Part shown: piece by piece, positions 44,101-56,100 of the stretch
Layout: every line of letters begins with the position of its first letter
Numbering within the stretch: position 1 is the first letter of the stretch
Source: Mytilus edulis
Lineage: Eukaryota
Length of the DNA stretch: 64,000 nucleotides
Direction: 5' to 3'
Assembly (NCBI RefSeq): GCF_963676685.1
Contig: NC_092352.1
Coordinates: 47,926,001-47,990,000, forward strand
Position numbers and translations under genes: made by a program
Notes under the pieces: model-generated
The model's database searches: none
Told to the model about the DNA's origin: nothing
Seen by the model: the letters and a program-made list of their open reading frames with translations, nothing else

Positions 44101-47100
44101 AATTATAAGTGTTTGGATACATTTCTTTCGTTGCTTTAGGATTTTCCTCTGACAAAATTGAAGACACCATTTGATTTTGCAGCGTATATATCATTAAATA
44201 TACTCATATTATCATGTTACAGTTAGCGTAGTTATGTAATGCACACATCACAATAACTTGTAAGCAACCATAAGTGTTCTTTGTGTTATTTGATTTTTGT
44301 ATATATATATGTTTCGATTAAAATAAACGCAAAGCTTTTCTATATACATTTTTCTATGAATACTCTGGATTCATTGATTTTCGTGAATAAAAATTAGATT
44401 GATAAAAAAGTGTATATTCGTGAATATTTGATTTCGATGTCTAGTCAAGATTATATTAGAACATTTGAATTCGTGGTCCAACGAAGCAAGCGAAAACTGC
44501 TATGCAACGAAAAATAATAAAACCATAGAAGTATACTCTTTGTTTTTTTTTTATTTTTCATTACTGTATAAACTGTTCATAGAGGAGGGGTATGACGACT
44601 GCACAATGCTATGCGGCGTTGTCATAAAAATGATAGTATAAAGGGTAGGTTCCAGCCCCAGTTTTGGAGGAAGTAAAGAATCAGATTTACTCTTACATTG
44701 TTAGTTTGATTTTTTCTAGGCACTTTATATGATATTTTTTACCTTTTACTTTAATTTTGAAGTTGCAAGTAGCCATATTTCCTGCTCGATCTCGGGCATA
44801 ATAACCAACTTCAGTGGGTTTACCATCTTGTTCAAAAAATGGACCTCCCGATCTATAAGGGCCATTAATATTGACGCTTTAAAATAAAATAAAAATGATT
44901 GTTTGTATTCTATTTTTAACTGTTCACTTAATAATGACGTGAGTATGGATGCAAAAATACGAGAAAGACTGATGCTCGTGAAAATTATAATCATTCGTGT
45001 ATATTATTTAAGTAACATGTATCGTTTTGAATCGTTTAAATAATGGAGCAGACTTTCTTAATTTAAAGATTTTTGTTATAATCTATAAAAACTGACAACG
45101 GACGTTAAGATTATCAAAGCACTGTAGTATAACATGCAGCAAAGTACGGTAATATTTTTTATCTATTAAATCTCATGCATGTTGTTGTCTTGTACTTGGG
45201 ACACTATCAAAATGTACGCATAAAACAAAAAAATAATTACATTTAATCATGTTAATTGTCAGAACAAATTATGACGACGAGGAGAACTTTTATGCTTTCA
45301 TTTGAAAATAATTGGAATGAATCAAGTGTGTACAGACTCTTACAGAAAAATAGAAATAATAACTAGATGGCATTTCAGAGGTCTTTAAATTGATGAAACC
45401 TGAGTGATTTTCATTGCAAACTTAAACGAACATTTTATATGAAAAAAACGTATATTTTGATTATCCAGCAAATTTGATAAAACCTAATCGGTCCATCTTT
45501 GTCATCCATGGCTGTTGGAGACGTCCAATCAACAAAGGTATGGTGCTTAAATGGAAGAGCTGCAACTGTTCTGTCATGTGGACAGTTGTTGATCTGTGGC
45601 TTAGTTTTATCCCCTGAAAAGTAATAGAAACATAATTTTACAAAACATCATTGGCTTAACATAAGAGATTTCAATCTTGCTTAATCAGCATCTTTTTTAA
45701 TTATAACTTCTGTCTCTCTACTATTTGAAAAGCTACATTCTTATAATGCATTTATATATTATCTATAAACATTATTCGTATAAGGATCAGCCCAATAATG
45801 TTAGATCTGTTGTTCTTCCGGTATCCGAACGCATGCTACTGAGATATCATGGCACCAAATCGTCTTGCGCTGTGCCTGACGTGATAGACTACTCGACCAC
45901 TACTAGTCTTTACAAATAATAAAGCTTTTGGAGGGTGTTACCTTTCCTTTCCGTTTTTTTATCTAGCGTCGCAACACAGTACATGATAAATAAGGCATGA
46001 TGATAAAACTCTTACAGATCAGCTAAATTATCTTTCGCACAGGATCTTCCAAGTTAATGCAGGATGCAATCACATAAATAATTATATTTTAAGTACTTCT
46101 GAACCAGTGACAACTTTACATCAGATGTCATCCATCGGATCAGCAGTGATGGTGATTCAAGGCTGAAAACACATTCTGTATACAATTCGTCTAATCATCT
46201 GCCCGACAATGTCTTCATGTCATATATACCATGTACTGTATTATATATACACAAGACAGTTAATTGGTGCACGCCCCAGTTTTTTGTTGTTGAGAAATAT
46301 GGATTTGGGTTTTGGTGTAAAAAAGGTGCGAAATATTATATTAGCGATCTGTGTATTGAATTGACTTTAATCCTCAATTACCAGAACTGTTCCAATTCCA
46401 TTAGTTAGAATACTAATATAAAATATAACTTAGTTGTGCAGTTGATGAAATCGAGTTTCTTTTAGTCCCCGAGGTTATCTCTAGCTCAGTAGTCAGTACA
46501 TCGGTACTGACATGATTGAACAAACTTTCCTAAAATTATCCGTTTATAAATTTTGAAATTATCAAGAAACTAAGGTTTCAACTCCCTCAGGCAAAGTTGA
46601 AATTAAATTAATTTGGCTATTTATTTTAGGTATTTTTTGTCTCTTCAACGGTTTCGGTACTTATACATCCTCGGATTTCAAATGTTTGGCTTTGAGCGTT
46701 CCTGATGAAAGTATATCCAGTAGAGCGCTTCGGAAGCATTAAATTTCTAAACGCGTTGTTTTCCATTATGATGAAATGGGATATCTTTTATCTCATTTTC
46801 AAGACTTGATTTTTAAACTTGTGATTATCAAAGTTGCATCTATTGCCAATTATTTGTATTCCTCATCTCAGATATGGCCTTAAACGCAGTCTCTCATCTC
46901 ATTAACGCATCCATGAATTTTAGGTCACGATGACATATTTTTAGGACCCTCCTGACTTTTAAATACGCATCTTACTGACAACATATTATTTCTCCATGAG
47001 TTGTATCTCAGATATTAACTGAACACAAACTTTAATTGGTCACTGATATATGAAATGTAGGCCACGATTACCTTATTTTTATCAGCACCCCTTGGTTATT

Positions 47101-50100
47101 CAATACTCATCTATTAACAAAATGCCATGAATTATGGATTTTATCTTTGTGACCGACAGATAAAACACTATATCCCTTCATATGATTTTATATGCGCATG
47201 TGCAGAAAGTGAAAAGTTGAGGTTTTTTATCTCGGATATATTTTTGCTAAAAGTATAGAATTATAGACATTCAAAAGCAGAATTTTTGCAAACGGATTAC
47301 TGAAACAGTTTTATTTGGTGTCTTGGTGCTTAATTCGATTGATTTTGAGAGATTTTTGAGTTAGACCAGTAAAATCAACGATACCTCAAATATGAGTAAT
47401 TCTCAGGAGTTAGGAGAAAGTACTCGGTGTCCAAATGAAACAGTGGTAACAGCGGAAATTCACAATGAGGAGATAGAATCGAGCAATGTGAGTACCAGTA
47501 TAAATAACTCTTGTAATAACAGTAACATAAGAAAACGCCCAGCTTCTGGAAACTCTGATATATCCGATAATAAACGTTCTAGAAATCAAACACCTGTGAG
47601 TAAAGATGAGAAAAGCAAACCAAAACCTAAACCGAAAGCTAAAAGTGAAATGAAAGAGCTAAAAGATATGATGCTAGGACTAACAGATAGTATGAACAAT
47701 ATGTGTATTTCGTTAACTCAACGCATAGACTCATTAGAGAAAAATATGTCAATAGAAATAACACAACTCATTGAAGAAAAGGTAAAAGTAGAAATCGACC
47801 AGGTGAGACAAGATTTTAATGATCAATTTAACAACTTTAAAGATCAGATAAAAGGGCTGGAGGCAAAAGTTAGTACTCAAGTCAAATCGTATTCAGATGT
47901 GGTAAAACAAAATAACTGTAATGTGATAATCCGTAATCTACAAGAGGACCCTAGAGAGGAGTCGAATACAAGTATTTTGAAAAAAACTGTTATTTCGTTA
48001 GTGCGGGATGGTTTAAATCTTAAGGATGTTTTTATTGAAAGTGTTTCTAGAAAGAAAAGTCACAATAGTAAGCCGGGTGTAATTGTTGCAGCTGTAAGCA
48101 ACAGTGACCAAAAAAGGGAGCTTATGAAAGCAAAGCGTAATTTGAAGAACGTACATAAATTCAAGGATGTGTACATCGAGAATGATATGTCATACTCTGA
48201 GAGGAGAAATGAAGCAAACTTCCGCACTCTGATAAGAGCGTTTCAACACGAAAATCAGGCCTTTACTATGAACGGTGGCCGAATTGTGAAGGTACATCAT
48301 AACAACCAATCGTCAGTGGCAAGTGGTAAGGGCGGAGAAGGCAAACAGAACGAATCCGTCAATGGACGAAATGTACATCAAAATGAAGGAAACAACGGCC
48401 AACGACAAGGATACAGCAATCGTGGAAATATTAGAGGAGGTGGACGCGGAAGAGGGCGTGGTAAAAAATTCCAATAGGTTACATGCGGATTTTGGAATGT
48501 GAACGGATGGAATTGTGACAGGAACAGTGATAAATTTAAACTTGTGTGTGCATGTTTAAATAATAAAGAGCTGCATATTCTGGGTATCGCAGAAACACAT
48601 CTGGTTAAGAACAATACAATTAGTGTTGATGGATATACGTGGTTTGGTCATAACCGAATAGGCATTCATATACGCGCAAAGGCCGGCTCTGGCGGAGTAG
48701 GATTTTTGGTTCGAAATGATCTGATGGAGCTTTTTAACGTTATAGTTGTGGAAGACTCAATAGACGGTATATGTTGGCTTAAGTTCGAGGATAAGTTAAA
48801 TTTGGACAATATTTTCTATACCTGTGTAGTTTATTTGCCACCAGAAAATTCAACGCGCGCCGTGAATGTACATGAATTTTTAGAATCGCTAATGTCACAA
48901 ATGTATACGATTCCAAAGGGTAATCAGTTTTATTTATGTGGAGATTTTAATTCAAGATGTGGTGATTTAAATGACTTTGTTGAAGGTATAGATACCTTGC
49001 CAGAGAGACAAGTAGTTGATTATAAAACTAATAAATACGGCAGCATTTTCTGTGAATTTTTAGCGGACATTAACTGTTGTATGTTGAACGGTAGGAATAA
49101 TAGTCACAATGACTATACCTATGTATCGACAAGAGGATTAAGTGTTGTTGACTATTGTATAGTGCCATACGAAATGTTAAAATCCTTTGATAGGTTTGAA
49201 GTCAGGCGCGTTTCTGCGCTTATTGAAGATGTGGACATTATCGGTATTGTAGACCCGACACGGTGTATGCCAGACCATTCTTTACTCAGTTGGTCAATGC
49301 ACTTGAACATTCATGTTGATGAAAACACCGAGCCAAAAGACAATGCGGCTAGCTTTAAAACCAAATATGACCTTGGGAAAATACCCGACGACTGGTTAAA
49401 TAGTGAATCATTTATATTGGATATAGATCGTATACTATGTACACTAGAAGAGTCTGAAGCTAATCAGTGTGATATTGACAAAACATATGAAAGCTTTATT
49501 AATAGTATCAAGTCGGAAATGTCGGAAAAAATCCCTAATAAGATCATTCAAATTAGCAACGGTTCCAGTAATAAGCATCGGAGAATCAAGAAACCTTGGT
49601 GGAGTACAGAATTAACAGACCTTTGGAACGAGGTGTGCAAATCGGAAACTATGTATCTTAAAACCAAAAGTTGTCATTCTAAAAAACAGTTCCGCCATTT
49701 ATTTTGTCAAAACAGGAAATTATTTGACAAAAATGTACAACAGGCAAAGCGTCGTTATTGGTATAAAATGCAGGATGATTTGACCAGTTCATGTGATAAT
49801 CCGAAAGAATTTTGGCGTAAAATTGGAAAGATAGGCATTGGTGCAGAAAGGCAACGTAACATACCGATGGAAATAAATTTAGAAGATGGTTCGGTATCAA
49901 CAGATCCAATTTCAGTTTTGAATAAATGGAAAAATGATTTTTCTTCAATGTTAAATGTAGAAAATTGTATACAGCCTTCTGAAAATGTCGGCTCTAAAGA
50001 TCAAGATAAATGTGATTATTTATTGGATTGCGAAATTACAAGTGAGGAAATATTTAATGTAATAAAAAAGGCTAAAAATGGGAAGGCGCCCGGTCTTGAT

Positions 50101-53100
50101 GAGCTACCAGTAGAAGTGTTGAAAAACCAAACTGCTTTATCATTTTTAGTTCGTTTGTTTAATGTGTGTTACAATACGGGAAAGGTCCCTGTTCTATGGG
50201 CCAAAGGTGTAATTGTACCAGTACCGAAATGTTCGTCGTCTGACCCCAGAGATCCTCTTTCATATCGTGGAATAACTTTAGCTCCAGCTACTTACAAGTT
50301 GTACTGTGGTGTTCTTGACTGTCGTTTGCGGGAAAAGTTTGATGCATCGGATATTATCCACGATGAGCAGAATGGTTTCCGAAAAGATCGTAACACCATT
50401 GATCACCTTTTGTCTATAACTAGTATAATAGAGTCTAGAAAACTACGTAAACAGTCTACATATGCTGCTTTTATTGACTTTAAAAAGGCATACGATACTA
50501 TAAATAGAGCATTGTTATTTAGCAAATTAGAGTTACTTGGTGTTAGTTCTAAAATGATAAAGGCATTAAGATCTTTGTATAATAATGTTCAGTCTTGTAT
50601 TAAGTTGAATGGTATTTTATCTGACTGGTTCCCTGTTAATACTGGTTTGAAACAAGGGTGTATAATTTCACCATTATTGTTTAATTTTTTCATTAATGAT
50701 TTAATTGATGAAGTCAAAAAGTTAAATGTTGGTATTAGCATAGGTGAAGAAAAAGTGTGTATAATGTTATATGCAGACGATGTAGTTTTCTTAACAGATA
50801 GTGAAAGTGAATTACAAATCATTTTGAATACTTTAGAATGTTGGTGTGATAAAAACATGATAAAGGTTAATTTAGAAAAATCAAAAGTTATGCATTTTAG
50901 AACACCTTCTGTGCCATGTACTAATTTTCCTTTTGTTTTTAATGGAAAATGTGTTGATAAAGTATCAAATTATACATATTTAGGTTTATTATTAACCGAA
51001 CATTTGAGTTATGAGGATATGGCAAAAACAGTTGCCAAATCTGCCAGTAGGGCATTAGGGTTACTAATAGCAAAATGTAAAGCTCATGGTGGTTTTCAAT
51101 ATGATGTATTTACAAAATTGTTCAATTCAATTGTATGGTCAGTGATTGACTATGGTGCCTCTATTTGGGGTTCTAAAGAATTTTCATGTATAAACGCTGT
51201 TAAACATAAGGCTATGAGATTTTTTATGGGAGTGGGTAGATATACCCCTAACTTAGCACTTTATGGAGATATGGGATGGAAACCATGTATTGTTAAACAA
51301 TGGTCTTCCATATTTAGGACATGGTCACGATTTAATAAGATGTCTAATTGTAGACTTAATAAGAAAATTTTTCTTTGGAGTAATAATATCAGTTATAATA
51401 AAGTAAAAAATTGGAACTGTAGAGTGAATACAAAGTTTAAAGAACTTGATCTTAATCAGTATTGTAATATTGAATGTATTTTGAGCAAGTCTGTTATTAA
51501 AGATATTGAAAACAAACTATTTATTATGTACCAAAATAATTGGCATTTAAATTTACTAGCTAATGAAAGCAGTAAATTGCGTACTTACAGGCTATTTAAA
51601 TCAAAATATTGTACAGAAAAATATTTAAGTATTACTATGCCCGGTAAATATAGAAGTGCATATGCTAAATTTAGAGCAGGTGTTGCTCCGATTAAAATTG
51701 AAACTGGCAGATATGAAGGTATAGATGTAAATGAAAGGTTCTGTTTTAATTGTAGAAAGAATGATTTGAATATAATTGAAGATGAAAAACATGTTTTATT
51801 AGAATGCCCAGAATATGCAGATTTGCGAACGATATTTTTTAACAGTGTATGTAATATAGAAAGTAGTTTTAGTAATTTAAGTAATGAAGAAAAGTTTTTA
51901 TTTATGTTTCATGATGATAGAGTTTTACAGCCAAAATCTGCCATGAAGTACTTTTTAAGAGAAAGTGTATTTTATACTCGTAATAAGTGTTTATAATGTT
52001 GTTTGTTTTCTTTTGTATAATTGTTTTTAATAGTATGGTGTTTTATGCTAAGATATATTAATATATGTAATAGATGTAATATCAATGTATTTTAATCTGT
52101 GTTTTTACAGTCTCTCATAACTCTTTTTAGAGTGGCTCTTTTATAAACTGTTAATATTATATTGTGTTGTATATCAAATGTTTTAAAGAGGTGAGACTCT
52201 AATAAATTATTTGTTTGTTTGTTTTTGTTGTTCAAAAACTTCCTTTGACAAAAGATATAAAAATCTTTAAGCAAACAAATGTCAAATTATTCCCCTCAAT
52301 AAAGGTTGAGAAATCATGGACATTATAATATTTTCATTTCTATTCGGTTTTGGTGAAAATTAAAAATATCAACAAACAGTCATAACAGTATGAATGGAGC
52401 TTTGTATGATATTTAACAATGAATTATGCCCAAAACGAGAAGGGTCAACTTGAACTTACTTCCAGTTAAGAGAAATATTGATAATTGTTAAAAGGCTCAT
52501 GGTGACTTCACGATGGAAGACAACAAAACAATACAAACGTTAAATTTTGGGGTTTTACAATGTATATATTGAAATTAATATTGTATCATGTACATTTACT
52601 CCACATCCCTTCATATTTTCATTAGGTAAACGACGAACTTGAATACTTCTTATATACTACAACTAAATATCAGAAAGTTCAGACAGTATAGCAATTCATT
52701 CTCATCGTAACAGCTGAGAAATCTTCGACAAAATGTGTTTATTTGTATTTGTTTGCAGTAAAATTGCAAAGAATTAACAATTTCAGAGGTTTGAAAATCA
52801 CTTTCAGTTACTGAAACATGTTACCTATAAAAACACCTAGAGATCGTTTACGTTGAAAACAAACAAAACAATGGTAAATATATCAAATAGTTATTATAAC
52901 AAAAAGAATGCAAATTATAAATCATATCCTTCGTTCTGACGACGAGTAGTTGTAAGAACATGTTACCATGTTTTACATTTCTAAAAATAACCTGATCTTG
53001 GTATTTCCAAAATATGGGTCATGCATTCTGTGCAAAATAAAACATTGAACATTTATAAATATGTTAAAGTTTATTTTTGACATCTTGAAAAGATAAAAAT

Positions 53101-56100
53101 ATTTTGATACAAAAGTAATATATACTTTTCACGTCTTTGATCTTTGGAAATATCTTTTTTTTATCTGTATTTTGACCTCTCTACCTAAAAATTTCTTTGC
53201 ATGCAGACGTTTAAAAATTGCTGGTTTTATCCAACGCAATAATAGGTTGGAATGTTGTTTTCAATTTAAGGGGGCTCGCGGGTCTAAATCATTTTTTTGG
53301 ATTTAATATAGGATTTTGCAATATTTTTCTATAAATGAACTTTATCTTATACTTAATAGAAAAATGAAATAAAAAAATGGGGTCACCGTTCATTTACGCT
53401 CACAATCTGCCTTCGAAAGAAGCATACATTTTTTTAAATTTCCTTTTTTTCTGTTGAACTAATAAGAGAAATAACGGTAATATCGAAATAAAAAAAGAAC
53501 TAAATAACAGAAATCGCTCAAATTTTACAATTATTTAGTTTATGTACAGCTTATTCGAAAACAACAATAAAAATATAGGTCACCGATGAGTTAAAAAAGA
53601 TATTTCAATTTCAATGCCAAAAAATTGCATTTTTGCACCAAAGGGAGATAATTTGGATCTTTTTCAATGATATCTATATTTTAAAATGTCACCTGCGGCC
53701 AACACGAATTGATTTTTTTGGAATATTTTTTGTACCATATGATAAAGTAACAACTACGAAAGGTAATAAGTAAAATTTGTAATGAAAAATAAATATTTTT
53801 TTTTCTTCTGAAAATCTTATACTCGCGAGCCTCCTTAAACTTGTTTTTATATATATATATATATAACATCGTAAGGTTGATTTTCTAGTCACTTTTTATA
53901 TATATATATATATACATATATATATTGACTCTTTATTGACTCTTTAAATTCAAAAGTTTATCTAAAAATGAGGGTACTTTTTATACGGGCTTCCAAATAC
54001 CGTTTCGATCCCTAACATCACCGAAGAGACATTTATTGTCGAAATTCGGATCTGGTGTACTAAAAAAATATTGACATCGTATGTTTGTGGCATAACATCG
54101 TGGCCACAAGTAAAATTATTTTTCTGTTTAGTATTACATTTATATTAAGATCCATTTTGTTACATCTTGTGATCAATTTTATTTGGCAATCGCCAATGGC
54201 AGTCAGCAGGGTTAAAGAACATCAGTTGTTCGACCTGTTAGTCAAATGCGTTTTGTTTAAATATACTTTTTCACTTTTTTGCTCTTTTGGAAAATGTTGT
54301 GTGTGCTGTTTTTAGATCCTTCTACAACGAAATTTGTTTTACATGCACACGTATAAAAATTGCGGTTTTTATCCAACGCAATCATAGGTTTGAACGTAAG
54401 TTTTCAATTTAGACTCGTTTATATATATACATATATATACAACTCGTTTAAACATCAACCCAACAATGTTAGATCTGTAAATTTGCTTGAAGCCCAGGTG
54501 GTCGTGTGGTCTAGCGGGACGGCTGCCGTGCGGGCAATTTGGTGTCACGATATCTCAGTAGTATGGGTTCGAATCCCGGCGAGGGAAGATCATAAAGTTC
54601 GCGAAAGCAAATTTACAGATCTAACATTGTTGGGTTGATGTTTAGACGAGTTGTATATACATTATGTACACAGCCATATGTATCACCATCATTGCTGGTG
54701 ATCCGATGGATAATTCTGTTGTAGAGTTGTCACTGACTCAGACGTACTTATATATATTCATATATATATATATACAACTCGTCTAAACATCAACCCAACA
54801 ATGTTAGATCTGTTAATTTGCTTTCGCAAATGTTTTGTTCTTCCCTCGCCGGGATTCGAACCCATGCTAATGAGCTATCGTGACACCAAATCGCCTGCAC
54901 TGTAGCCGTCCCGCTAGACCACACGACACCTTGGCTTCATAAAAAACGAAGATTTCGGTGGCCGGGTGTTACCTTTCCAGGTCAGTTTTAATCTAGCGTC
55001 GTACTACAGTACATGATATATAAGGCATGAAGATGTTATTGTTACAGATCAGCTAAATTATCTATAGTAAAGGATCCTACAAATTAATGTAAGTTACAGT
55101 CACAGAAAATAATTATATTTATAAGTACGTCTGAGTCAGTGACATCTCTACAACAGATGTATCCATCGGATCGCCATCAATGATGGTGATACATGGTTGT
55201 GTACATAATGTATATACACTCGTCTTAATATCAACCCAACAATGTTAGATCTGTAAATTTGCTTTCCCAAATTTTTTGGTTCTTCCCTCGCCCGGATTCG
55301 AACCCATGCTACTGTGATATCGTGACACCAAATCGCCTGCACTGCAGCCGTCCCGCTAGATATATATATATATATATATATGTGTTACGATGTTACGATG
55401 TTACGATGTCTACAATATATATATTTTTTTGTAATTATTTTATTTTTGATGATGAAACATGTGAAATTACATAGTACAGTATTCGATACACATTTTAAAA
55501 ATAAAGTAATACTTGATAAATCAATTAAGTCATATGGATATAATAAGATATATAGATATAAATATTACAAAAAGATTTTGTTAATTAATCAAATAAGTTA
55601 AATAAAAGCTGCTTCTAACAAATGCCATTTCTGATCCATTTTTACTTTTTGTACAGGGGTTAAGAAACATACAGAGTATTTTTCTATATTAATCCAATAT
55701 TTTAAATATTCTACCCCACCACATTTTGTGGGGGATATGTTCTTACATCTACATTTGTATATATAATATTTGAAATACAACAAAATATTGTTAACTATTT
55801 TACTGTTGACAAAATCCTCAGACACACCTAAAATGACTTCTTTTGCACTGAAAGGCAGGAGAATGCCATAATTTTTAATCCAATCTATAACGGATAGCCA
55901 GAAGTTTTGTGATACATTACATTCCCAAAAAATGTGAAAAATATTTTCTTTAATTTCTGAACAAAAAGTACAAAGTTCAGTTTCTTTTAATTTACATTTC
56001 AATAAAAATGAATTACATGGTAGAATCCTATGAACAATCTTAAATTGGAAGTTTTGCAAAAAAGAGTTTCTGGTTATGATGAAGGGCATGGAATAAATAG

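Larger units (their letters stand above)
47190..52225 (+). mobile_element. Near full-length non-LTR retrotransposon, CR1/L2 group (5' boundary approximate)
   Basis: ORF1 plus APE-RT ORF2; 3' end has a stem (AGTCTC...GAGACT), AATAAA and a (TTTG)n tail; lies antisense in the 13-kb intron; no TSD recognised. Confidence 0.92.

Noticed and set aside
48378-50858. Minus-strand ORFs 48378-48614, 49679-49948, 50589-50858 (also plus-strand ORFs in 56339-58338)
   Set aside because: Antisense shadows of LINE coding sequence with no recognisable motifs.
54489-54590. Functional tRNA gene
   Set aside because: A and B boxes are present but the acceptor and anticodon stems do not pair, and the sequence is part of a larger repeated unit.
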